Below, one piece after another: positions 7,802-15,104 of a stretch of 19,618 nucleotides of DNA. The translations under genes were made by a program, and so were the position numbers. This stretch comes from a virus (lineage: Duplodnaviria; Heunggongvirae; Uroviricota; Caudoviricetes). Location: IMG/VR virus record IMGVR_UViG_3300014691_000062. One strand, given 5' to 3'. Position 1 is the stretch's first letter. Each line of letters begins with the position of its first letter. The notes under the pieces were generated by a model that worked only from the letters and a program-made list of their open reading frames with translations, ran no database searches and was not told where the DNA came from.

Positions 7802-8797
7802 TCAGGCCAGCACACCAATTGCCAGCGCACGATCGATAAAACGAAATATCAGCTCCAGCTGGGAGCCATACATCTCTTCAAATGCCACGGTATCCGCATG
7901 CAGCTCGTCGTGATGCTTTCTGCACAAAGGCAACACAAAGAGGTCATGCGCTTTTGTCCCCATTCCACCCTGACCATGGCCTATCAGGTGGTGGGGATCA
8001 TCAGCGGGCTTTCCACAACATGCACACGGCTGTGTCTTAACCCAGCGCGTGTACTTTTCATTAACCCAGCGGCGACGTTTTGGGCGTAACATAAAAGACT
8101 CCGGTGACTCCGGATCCACTTTCAGCGCCAGCACCTTTTTCGCCTTATCCTGGATGATGCTGGTGGCAGGAACCGAAGGAACAAGGTCACTTTCCCGGGT
8201 GACAGACGGCACAACAGGCTTCGGTAATCTCAGTGCCTTACGGGCTGCACTTTCCGGTAAGGCATCCGCCAGGTCATTACGAACCAGCCACCAGCACAGT
8301 TCCGGCATTGTCACAACGTGACTATCATCAAAACCGAGATCACGGCGCACAACAGATAACACCCAGCGGGCACAGTTATCCGTTGCCATTGATTCCAGCC
8401 GTTCCGTGAACTGGTCACGCAACTGGTTATCGCAGTGCCAGCACAGACGGATTGCGCCCGGCGCATGGCGCGTTGTGGTCATGTTTTCGCTGTGCCAGTC
8501 GGAGTGAGGCCACTGACAGCCTTTTTCACGAAGTAACCAGCTTTCAAGACATTCCACGCCACCAGCACGACGGATCACTGCCTCATTGCGGAACACGGCC
8601 CGAACGGCAGGATCATCCGCCAGCGGTTGTGATGCTGCCGGAACGGCACCACTGGCGAAAGATGAATAACGTTCCGGCTCAGGCTCCAGCAGGACACGCC
8701 CCTGCATAAACAGGGGCATCAGTTCTGAACCTGGTCTGAACAATACGATCCCCATACGCGGGGCAATTTCAGGGGTCAGTAGTGCTCTCACGGTCAC
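7802..8797 (-). CDS. DUF968-like protein with C-terminal Cys/His-rich (HNH-like) motif
   Basis: 331 aa; C-terminus …CACCGKPADDPHHLIGHGQGGMGTKAHDLFVLPLCRKHHDELH…; immediately upstream of Q as in other lambdoid nin regions. Start uncertain (GTG at 8797, or GTG at 8791 with GAGG 5 nt upstream). Confidence 0.6.
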   Translation of the reverse strand: MTVRALLTPEIAPRMGIVLFRPGSELMPLFMQGRVLLEPEPERYSSFASGAVPAASQPLADDPAVRAVFRNEAVIRRAGGVECLESWLLREKGCQWPHSDWHSENMTTTRHAPGAIRLCWHCDNQLRDQFTERLESMATDNCARWVLSVVRRDLGFDDSHVVTMPELCWWLVRNDLADALPESAARKALRLPKPVVPSVTRESDLVPSVPATSIIQDKAKKVLALKVDPESPESFMLRPKRRRWVNEKYTRWVKTQPCACCGKPADDPHHLIGHGQGGMGTKAHDLFVLPLCRKHHDELHADTVAFEEMYGSQLELIFRFIDRALAIGVLA

Positions 8798-8798
8798 C

Positions 8799-9608
8799 TC
8801 AATGAACGGTATCGAGCAGCTTTAACAGCTCAGGGAATCGGGATTCGAAGAAATGCGGCTGCGTCTCGCGCGGATTTGCGGGACTGGTGATGTTCTTGCC
8901 GAACATGCAGCCTTTCGCTGTCAGCGACCAGAATTTTTTGATGTTGTTAATCGCGGTACGGCTGTATCGTTCGCGTTGTTCAACGATCCCCAGCTTCACC
9001 ATCTGGTGATATGCCTGATTAGCCGTCAGGCGGATACCATACTGCTTCAGCAGTGCACTCAGCGACAGCGTGGGGCGACTTGAGCCATCGTGTGCATCAG
9101 CAGGAGCATCAATGGCATAGCGCGGTGCCAGATTCGGTAAGCCAACAGCCTCCTGGAGTTTCTGACAGGCCCCAAGCACTGAAGAGTTAGACAGGTTTAA
9201 CTCCCTGCGCATAAAGTCCAGCAGAATCACTCCAGCCTGCATCTTGTCAGCAGCCTGCCCGGATAATTTTTCCGGTGCGCTGGTTACCATATCGAAAGTA
9301 CGGATCACCTTCAGATGGAATGACGGGCTGATCCACATTGCATAGGCATACACCAGTTCCTTGCAGACATAAGTTCCCCGTTCATTTCCCCCATGAATCA
9401 CACTCACCGGGTCAACACCCAAATTCTGGGTGTTGGTCAATTCATGAACAAGTTCAACAGTTTGTTGGCTGGAAAGAAACTTTCCTGGCTCCTTGGTTCT
9501 GGCATTTGCACCAGATGCTACTGCTGCGCGATGCAGATCGTTCAGGCTGTAACGCCCATAAGCATCACGACGAACTTCAATACCATCAATGACCATCAGA
9601 TTATTCAT
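8799..9608 (-). CDS. KilA-N domain protein
   Basis: N-terminus MNNLMVIDGIEVRRDAYGRYSLNDLHRAA… from the ATG at 9608 with AAGGAG SD (track start 9641 is GTG and overlaps rusA). Confidence 0.6.
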   Translation of the reverse strand: MNNLMVIDGIEVRRDAYGRYSLNDLHRAAVASGANARTKEPGKFLSSQQTVELVHELTNTQNLGVDPVSVIHGGNERGTYVCKELVYAYAMWISPSFHLKVIRTFDMVTSAPEKLSGQAADKMQAGVILLDFMRRELNLSNSSVLGACQKLQEAVGLPNLAPRYAIDAPADAHDGSSRPTLSLSALLKQYGIRLTANQAYHQMVKLGIVEQRERYSRTAINNIKKFWSLTAKGCMFGKNITSPANPRETQPHFFESRFPELLKLLDTVH

Positions 9609-9627
9609 ACTTCGTTTCTCCTTTTGC

Positions 9628-10017
9628 TCAGGCAGCTGCACCCGCCGTTTTCTCGTACTTACTGATAGTGATCTCGACCTTCCCTTCCGGGATAACCGGT
9701 CCCCACTCCACCAGCATTCTTTTCACCTGACTGTCGTCTTCCCACACCCCCGCGTGGGTCAGGGCGTCAAACAGCGCCTTGTTATAGTTGTCCAGATCGC
9801 GGATCCGGTTATCCGGAGGAAACAACACGATCTCCACTGAAGCAGGTGCCGACGTTGGTTTCGGCAGACGACGTAGCTGCTCAACTATTGCTGCGCACGC
9901 CGCACTCTGGAATTTTCGCCCCGCCGCGCTTATCAGGCTCTTACCAGCAAACGCCCCTTTGTTGGGGTGTCGCCAGTACGTGTTCACGCTGGGCGGAAAA
10001 GGCAGAATCAGCTTCAT
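9628..10017 (-). CDS. rusA: RusA Holliday-junction resolvase
   Basis: 129 aa with the RusA signature (…PPSVNTYWRH…DLDNYNKALFDALTHAGVWEDDSQV…); ATGA overlap with the upstream gene. Confidence 0.85.
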   Translation of the reverse strand: MKLILPFPPSVNTYWRHPNKGAFAGKSLISAAGRKFQSAACAAIVEQLRRLPKPTSAPASVEIVLFPPDNRIRDLDNYNKALFDALTHAGVWEDDSQVKRMLVEWGPVIPEGKVEITISKYEKTAGAAA

Positions 10018-10340
10018 ACTTTCAGGCCCCTCTCATGTAACCAGTGGGCTGCACGCAGCCTGGCGTTTTCCTCACCGGCAAGCAGTGAGCGGATAATCCC
10101 GACCGCCTCGCTGTCGTCGTCCTTCACCGCGGTATGAAGCGTTATCCCCCGGGCCACGCCACGCTTTATCGTGATGACGCCTTTTTTCTCCAGCGCACGA
10201 AGATGCTCCACCGCTGCATTCACCGAACGGTATCCCAGCATGGTTGCCACCTCCTGATTGGTTGGCGGGAAACCACGTTCTTTCTGATAAGAAATCAGCA
10301 TATCCAGCACCTGCTGCTGGCATTGAGTTAACGTCGTCAT
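10014..10340 (-). CDS. LexA N-terminal DNA-binding-domain protein lacking the S24 peptidase domain
   Basis: 108 aa; first ~70 residues align with the LexA winged HTH (QQQVLDMLISYQKERGFPPTNQEVATMLGYRSVNAAVEHLRALEKKGVI vs LexA RQQEVFDLIRDH…[34 protein letters not shown]). ATGA overlaps on both sides. Confidence 0.7.
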   Translation of the reverse strand: MTTLTQCQQQVLDMLISYQKERGFPPTNQEVATMLGYRSVNAAVEHLRALEKKGVITIKRGVARGITLHTAVKDDDSEAVGIIRSLLAGEENARLRAAHWLHERGLKV

Positions 10341-10990
10341 GCCGCCATCTCCCTGACCAGTTTTTCCGCCTGCTGACGAACCTGCTCCAGAAACGCCTCA
10401 CCACATGCCTCAAGTTCATCGCGCCCGATGTAGCTGATTGCCGGTCCCTTCCAGGTCTTGTCGAAAACAGCAATAGCACCAGCGAAGAAAGCGCCTGTCG
10501 GCACCTGCTTCTCATCCTTCGGGATAAACCAGGCAGGCAGTTCAAAACCAATACGCCCGCGAATAAAAGCAATATGATCTGCATCTTCCGGCCACCACAC
10601 TTCGCTGGTGGCAGCTTTGATCAGGAAAACATAGCGCCCGCCCTTATCACGCATGGCACTGGCATGTTTCATGATGTAACGCATGCCGGTGATGTATTGC
10701 CCCTCATGCTGACTGGCGCGGCTGTATGGGGGATTACCAAAGGCAGCACCTTTTAGCTCCGCAAGACGTTCTGACCAGTCATGCGCCAGCGCGTTGTCTT
10801 CCGCCGTGTAATACGCAGCACATTTGGCGTTATCACCGTCAGTGAACAGATCCAGAACAAACGGGCCAAACAGGGTGTTAATTCCCCAGAAAATGTTGTC
10901 CGGCGTGCGCCACTGATCGCCCACTTCCTTCAGTTCATGGGCTGGTTTGTTCCGCAGTTCCACCAGCGCCTGGCAATATTTATTACTCAT
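10337..10990 (-). CDS. Phage DNA N6-adenine methyltransferase (Dam-like orphan MTase)
   Basis: NPPY motif (AFGNPPYS); preferred ATG at 10990 shares one nt with the upstream stop (TAATG); track start 11023 is GTG. Confidence 0.8.
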   Translation of the reverse strand: MSNKYCQALVELRNKPAHELKEVGDQWRTPDNIFWGINTLFGPFVLDLFTDGDNAKCAAYYTAEDNALAHDWSERLAELKGAAFGNPPYSRASQHEGQYITGMRYIMKHASAMRDKGGRYVFLIKAATSEVWWPEDADHIAFIRGRIGFELPAWFIPKDEKQVPTGAFFAGAIAVFDKTWKGPAISYIGRDELEACGEAFLEQVRQQAEKLVREMAA

Positions 10991-11478
10991 TAAGCCCCCA
11001 CGTAATTCCCTGACAGATACCACTCTTCACCCGATGCAGCGCGCTTGCTGCTTTTCTGTAAGCACTGCTCACGACGCGCCAGAAAATTGTTTCGTTCTGG
11101 CTGGGAGTGGCTTTCACGGAATGCCGCCATCCACACCGTTGCAGCACGACGGTATAGGCCCCTGGACTCCAGTTCTTCAGCCTGGCGGGTCAGGCACAAA
11201 ATCACCCGTGGATCGTTAGTGCCGACATAGAAATTGCGCACAGGTCTGGTTTCACGAACTGGTTGTGGTTCCGGCTCCTGCGCTCTCTCAGTCAGGCGCG
11301 GGAAATGTCTGCGTGTATCCCCTTCACAACGGTGAGCCACACGCCCACTCTGACGTAACTTGCTTGCTGACTGCAGAACGCGCTGCCGTGAGTAACCTGC
11401 AAAAGCATCCGCAATATCTCCGGAAGTACAGCCCGGATGGGCTTCAATGAATTTCTGAACTTCATTCAAAAGACTCAT
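10990..11478 (-). CDS. Hypothetical protein, possibly PerC-like
   Basis: About 162 aa; C-terminal …GLYRRAATVWMAAF… is reminiscent of PerC/Pch-type regulators. Weak assignment. Confidence 0.45.
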   Translation of the reverse strand: MSLLNEVQKFIEAHPGCTSGDIADAFAGYSRQRVLQSASKLRQSGRVAHRCEGDTRRHFPRLTERAQEPEPQPVRETRPVRNFYVGTNDPRVILCLTRQAEELESRGLYRRAATVWMAAFRESHSQPERNNFLARREQCLQKSSKRAASGEEWYLSGNYVGA

Positions 11479-11480
11479 GC

Positions 11481-12313
11481 TCACCCCCTGAATCCTGCCG
11501 GGATCTGGCTGTAGTCCACGTTGTCGTAACTGGATTTGAAATACGGGTCTTCGCGTTTTTCTGTGTATGTGCTGATGGACGGCGATAAGCGCAGGGAAAG
11601 CTCATCCCATTTTTCCCGCAGCTTCGACGGGCTGAGCACGTTACGGCACCAGAACGGATCGCGGCTGACGCGGCTGTACATCTCGCAGATTTGTTTGTGA
11701 GTACGACCATCCTGCACACACATCAGGCGAATTTCGTTTGCCCAGGCTGTCCAGTTCGGTTCTTTGGGACGAACCACCTCGCCGTCACATTCGGCGGCCT
11801 GCTCGTACAGGGCGATGANNNNNNNNNNTGCTGGGTTGGGAAACCGCCGGAACGAGAAGGTTTTTTATCTGACGGATCATGTTTTGATTTTACTGACGGA
11901 TCCCCGCCAGATTCTGACGGGTGAAAACCCGCTTTTTTGCCAGATTTCGACGCATCAAATTTTGACGGGTCAGATTTTGATGCGTCAGATTTTGACGGGT
12001 CAGAATCTGACAGTTGAGAAAATGCCGCTGCCTGAAGCTTCGCAACGTTAAGCTGATAAACATTCGACGCATTGCGGTTACCCTGGCGACGCGCCTTACG
12101 CGTTAACCAGCCTTCTGCTTCCAGCCGTGCGATAGCCGTTCTGACGGTACTCATCCCCGCGCCAATCTGGCGGGCAATGGTTTCAATTGATGGCCAGCAC
12201 ACACCTTCGTCATTACTGAAATCAGCCAGGCGGGCCATAATTGCCACGCTGGATAATTTCATGCCTGATGCAGCGCAACCATCCCATACATAGCCGGTTA
12301 ATTTAGTGCTCAT
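11481..12313 (-). CDS. Replication initiator (lambda O-like organisation, HTH N-domain) with the origin iterons inside the gene; interrupted by an N-run
   Basis: N-terminal HTH domain (…WPSIETIARQIGAGMSTVRTAIARLEAEGWL…), then a repetitive SKSDASKSDPSKFD linker encoded by iterons; C-terminal part is ORF 11481..11777. N-run 11819..11828 inside; GAGGT SD. Confidence 0.7.
11819..11828. other. Run of 10 N inside the replication gene
   Basis: Literal n characters in the sequence. Confidence 1.
11866..12012. repeat. Origin-like iteron array
   Basis: About 8 tandem copies of a ~12-15 bp unit built on TGACGG (cagattttgacgggt, cagattttgatgcgt, attctgacgggt, tactgacggatc …). Confidence 0.7.
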
Positions 12314-12322
12314 GACCGACCT

Positions 12323-12661
12323 CTATTTCCCTGAATTTACGACGAAACTGTTCGAGCGGGCTGAAGCACTCATGCTCATAGCCTTCGCGGAGGTAGATAA
12401 CTCGTTGTGTTTCCGGCTCCCAACGAATGACTCTGACGGGCACTCCGTAGTGATCTTTGAACCAGCGGTTAACTTGTCGCAAAGGACTGTCTCCTTCTGC
12501 CGGTTGAAATCACCCACAGCCCACTCAGCAAAGCTGTGGGTTACAATTTCCCTGTCACCTGGTACATTAACTGCATAGCAATACTCCACCTTCGCTTTTC
12601 CACCCGGTACAGGAAGCGCAATCAGTTGCGAGCGACGGTAGTGTGTTGTTAAACTGTTCAT
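12323..12661 (-). CDS. Hypothetical protein between the cII-like gene and the replication gene
   Basis: ATG at 12661 overlaps the upstream stop (ATGA), supporting translation; the C-terminal half is low-complexity, so the true extent is uncertain. Confidence 0.45.
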   Translation of the reverse strand: MNSLTTHYRRSQLIALPVPGGKAKVEYCYAVNVPGDREIVTHSFAEWAVGDFNRQKETVLCDKLTAGSKITTECPSESFVGSRKHNELSTSAKAMSMSASARSNSFVVNSGK

Positions 12662-13266
12662 GCGTTAGTTTCTCCACAGTCACGACACGCCACGGCGCCC
12701 GGAGCTGCACACTCGCGGGCGTCATTACTTTCTGAAATGCAAAAGATTTTGTAGACCAGTGCTGCATGCTCCTGCAGCTTCGAAATTGAGAGATACAGCT
12801 CGTCGTTAATTGCTGTCTTCTCATGCGGTTCCACCACACCGTCTTCGATTGCCGAACGAATCTGTCTGGAATAACTGCCAATCTGTTCAATGACTTCCAG
12901 CAGGCGCTGGTTAATATCGGCGTTGTCCACATCCTCGACGTCAGGAAGAGACACAAAGACGCCATTTGCAGACTGCGCCACAGCGTCAGCAATGAAGTGA
13001 GTTCCACCAGCACGTTGCAAAATCATTGCCCATCCCAGCGGGAAAATCTGATCGCCATCGGCACGAAGGCGGTTAAATAATGCGTTTTCTGTTACATCCA
13101 GCCAGTCAGCTGCTTCAGCGTAACCACCCGGCAACGCTGCGATAGTTTTTCTGACAGCTTTCACGTACCACTCAGGCTGTTTTTCTACTTTCCAGTGATG
13201 CTTACCCACGGTTAGCCTCATCGTTCTGTGGTTTCTGTTAATCGATTTATCCATTAGATTTTTCAT
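12658..13266 (-). CDS. Putative CII-like / YdaT-family regulator
   Basis: Long ORF immediately downstream of a YdaS-like cro. The track start at 13323 would overlap cro by 77 nt; plausible ATGs are at 13266, 13254 and 13221. Family assignment is from position and partial recall. Confidence 0.45.
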   Translation of the reverse strand: MKNLMDKSINRNHRTMRLTVGKHHWKVEKQPEWYVKAVRKTIAALPGGYAEAADWLDVTENALFNRLRADGDQIFPLGWAMILQRAGGTHFIADAVAQSANGVFVSLPDVEDVDNADINQRLLEVIEQIGSYSRQIRSAIEDGVVEPHEKTAINDELYLSISKLQEHAALVYKIFCISESNDARECAAPGAVACRDCGETNA

Positions 13267-13447
13267 AAAGCTCAGGTTTAAATGGCAACCGTCCGCAAGT
13301 TCTATATGCAGCTTCTGCTGCACGTCCTTTTGGAATTAACTGGCCCGGACGGTTTCGCCACTGATAAACGGCTTCAGTTGTTATGCCGAAAAAAGCAGCA
13401 ACTTTCTCAATACTGCCGAAGTAGCTTTCGATATCGTCAGTTGTCAT
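13247..13447 (-). CDS. cro: Cro-like repressor (YdaS-family HTH)
   Basis: 66 aa, divergent from cI across an operator region; HTH …SIEKVAAFFGITTEAVYQWRN… resembles YdaS/Cro. Confidence 0.75.
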   Translation of the reverse strand: MTTDDIESYFGSIEKVAAFFGITTEAVYQWRNRPGQLIPKGRAAEAAYRTCGRLPFKPELYEKSNG

Positions 13448-13544
13448 ACGCCCTCCAAACTAAGTTTTATTAGATGCTAATTACAAATCTATCTTTGGTC
13501 AATAAAAACTAAGATTACTTAGCAATTCAAGAAATGGTGCTCCT
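13448..13544. promoter_or_regulatory. OR-like region: divergent promoters with two operator palindromes
   Basis: CTAAGttttaTTAG at 13460..13473 and CTAAGattaCTTAG at 13509..13522 between divergent cro and cI. Confidence 0.6.
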
Positions 13545-14171
13545 ATGGAAACGGTTGGTCAGCGTATAAAAGCTCTGAGAAGAGTTACCGGAACGTCCCA
13601 GAAAGAATTGGGTAAATTTTGTGGAGTAAGCGACGTTGCTGTGGGGTACTGGGAGAAAGACATCAATACCCCTGGTGGGGAGGCACTTTCGAAATTAGCG
13701 AAGTTCTTCAATACGTCAATAGATTACATTCTTTATGGTGCTGAGTTTGAAGGCAAACTCGTCACAAACATGCGCAGAGTTCCTGTAATATCGTGGGTTC
13801 AGGCTGGGCAGTTTACTGAATGCAGGGCAGCAGAAGTGTTTAGTGAAGTGGACAAGTGGGTAGATACATCATTAAAGATTGGTGATAACTCATTTGCATT
13901 AGAGGTTAAAGGTGACTCCATGACTAACCCTAATGGCCTCCCAACAATACCAGAAGGCGCAACAGTGATTGTAGATCCAGATGCAGAACCTCGTCATGGA
14001 AAAATAGTCATCGCTCGACTTGATGGAACAAACGAAGCTACAGTAAAAAAATTAGTCATCGATGGCCCTCAAAAGTTTTTAGTGCCATTAAATCCTCGGT
14101 ATCCCAACATCCCTATCAATGGTAATTGCCTTATCATTGGTGTAGTCAAAGGAGTTCAATACGAACTCTAA
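13545..14171 (+). CDS. cI: CI-type prophage repressor (HTH plus S24 LexA-like autopeptidase domain)
   Basis: 208 aa; HTH …GTSQKELGKFCGVSDVAVGYWEKD…; S24 motifs GDSM and …ATVKKL…; overall similarity to P22 C2 / lambda CI by recall. Confidence 0.9.
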   Translation: METVGQRIKALRRVTGTSQKELGKFCGVSDVAVGYWEKDINTPGGEALSKLAKFFNTSIDYILYGAEFEGKLVTNMRRVPVISWVQAGQFTECRAAEVFSEVDKWVDTSLKIGDNSFALEVKGDSMTNPNGLPTIPEGATVIVDPDAEPRHGKIVIARLDGTNEATVKKLVIDGPQKFLVPLNPRYPNIPINGNCLIIGVVKGVQYEL

Positions 14172-14184
14172 GACCTCTCTTCTC

Positions 14185-14255
14185 TAACTAAGGCACCGAA
14201 CTAAGAAAAGTTTGGTGTTTTTTCTTGCCATAATAACTAAGTTAAGTTAGATTTT
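14185..14255 (+). promoter_or_regulatory. OL/PL-like region: operator repeats and a candidate sigma70 promoter
   Basis: CTAAG…CTAAG at 14188..14205 and CTAAGttaagTTAG at 14237..14250; TTGCCA (14225..14230), 17-nt spacer, TAGATT (14248..14253). Confidence 0.5.
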
Positions 14256-14361
14256 ATATCAAAGATAACGAACAGGCAGGACGCCCACGAAGTAGCCGCC
14301 TGGGGCATATAAAGTCTAGGGTGATTCGTTAGCAACAAAAAAGCGCCCTACAGGACGCTTA

Positions 14362-14374
14362 GCTCTTTAACAAT
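14362..14374 (+). promoter_or_regulatory. boxA-like element (rrn-type GCTCTTTAACAAT) in the early-left leader
   Basis: 13/13 identity with the E. coli rrn boxA core as I recall it; about 110 nt downstream of the putative PL and 45 nt upstream of the first early-left ORF. Confidence 0.45.
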
Positions 14375-14418
14375 CTGGTCCCCATCAACAAGTAACTGAT
14401 AACTTGAGGAGGTGTGAA

Positions 14419-14625
14419 ATGCACAAAACAGAACCCAAAATCGTCGCGCCCGGATACACAAATGAGGAAATTTACGAGTGGATGGCAAAGAAGCTGGCAG
14501 CTATAAACCAGCTTCGTGAAGTGCTGTCTTATCGACAGGAAACAATAGACTCCTTAAAAAAACTGGATCAGGAAATCACGGTTTTATCACAGGATGTTAC
14601 TTTAGATATTGTGCAGACAAATTAG
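14419..14625 (+). CDS. Small hypothetical protein in the position normally held by N
   Basis: 68 aa from the ATG at 14419 with GGAGGTG SD (track start 14404 is TTG). No arginine-rich motif, so not N-like. AT-rich. Confidence 0.5.
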   Translation: MHKTEPKIVAPGYTNEEIYEWMAKKLAAINQLREVLSYRQETIDSLKKLDQEITVLSQDVTLDIVQTN

Positions 14626-15031
14626 GATCCCATTCATTTTCGTCAAAATCATCAAAGTGATGAATTTGTGATCTCCAGTCTCGATAATCTAAAAATTTCT
14701 GGGCGGTTACGCTTATTTTATCAAGTGTGAGTTCATCCTGAATTGAAAGAAGAAGTTCATCAAATTTCATCTCATTAATCTGTTTTGGCATCCAGTGATG
14801 CTTCATCAGAATAAGGTGAACCAGAGCCTTTTTCCCATTCAACTGATTATAGGGAGTGCCGAATTTCTTCCGGTGCTCATGTAAGACAAGGTCCAGAAGA
14901 GTAAGTAATGTTGCCCTTGATTCCACTTTGCTTATTTCGACTGATGACACTACCCCACTGATTTCAATGCCCCGATACTTTCCAACATTTTCACAGTGGG
15001 ATTTGTACAGCGTGTAGATATTACCGGACAT
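14597..15031 (-). CDS. Hypothetical protein, convergent with and overlapping the preceding ORF
   Basis: 144 aa, ATG with AGGA-type SD; acidic C-terminus (…HHFDDFDENEWDPN…); AT-rich; antisense to the early-left operon. Confidence 0.55.
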   Translation of the reverse strand: MSGNIYTLYKSHCENVGKYRGIEISGVVSSVEISKVESRATLLTLLDLVLHEHRKKFGTPYNQLNGKKALVHLILMKHHWMPKQINEMKFDELLLSIQDELTLDKISVTAQKFLDYRDWRSQIHHFDDFDENEWDPNLSAQYLK

Positions 15032-15046
15032 TTCTTTTCCTTTTGC

Positions 15047-15098
15047 GTTGTTGGGGATAACCAGATTAACCGAATCCTTGTTGTTGGGGAATAACCAG
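15047..15098. repeat. Direct repeat GTTGTTGGGGATAACCAG / GTTGTTGGGGAATAACCAG upstream of the 14597..15031 gene
   Basis: Two copies (15047..15064, 15080..15098) differing by one inserted A; on the minus strand they read TTATCCCCA, one mismatch from a DnaA-box consensus. Confidence 0.5.
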
Positions 15099-15104
15099 GT
15101 CCAC

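Noticed and set aside
7342-10096. Assorted short ORFs antisense to Q, DUF968, KilA-N and RusA (for example 7342..7563 +, 7898..8089 +, 8049..8321 +, 8452..8709 +, 8853..9083 +, 9338..9665 +, 9589..9840 +, 9788..10096 +)
   Set aside because: All lie opposite a tightly packed, translationally coupled minus-strand operon and have His/Arg/Pro-rich translations typical of antisense frames.
10072-11230. ORFs 10072..10584 (-), 10134..10331 (+), 10244..10756 (+), 10781..10993 (+), 10947..11219 (+), 11045..11230 (+)
   Set aside because: Alternate-frame or antisense ORFs within the LexA-domain, methyltransferase and 162-aa genes; no independent start signals.
11764-12072. ORFs 11764..12051 (+) and 11890..12072 (-) with repetitive QILTGQNLT-type translations
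   Set aside because: Artefacts of translating the iteron array in other frames; they lie wholly inside the replication initiator gene.
12072-13080. ORFs 12072..12293 (+), 12306..12578 (+), 12567..13013 (-), 12823..13080 (+) and 13282..13473 (+)
   Set aside because: Antisense or out of frame relative to the replication, cII-like and cro genes; 12567..13013 is an alternate frame inside the cII-like gene without start support.
14404-14625. The first early-left ORF as an N antiterminator
   Set aside because: It has no arginine-rich motif and no resemblance to lambda N, P22 gp24 or phage 21 N as I recall them.
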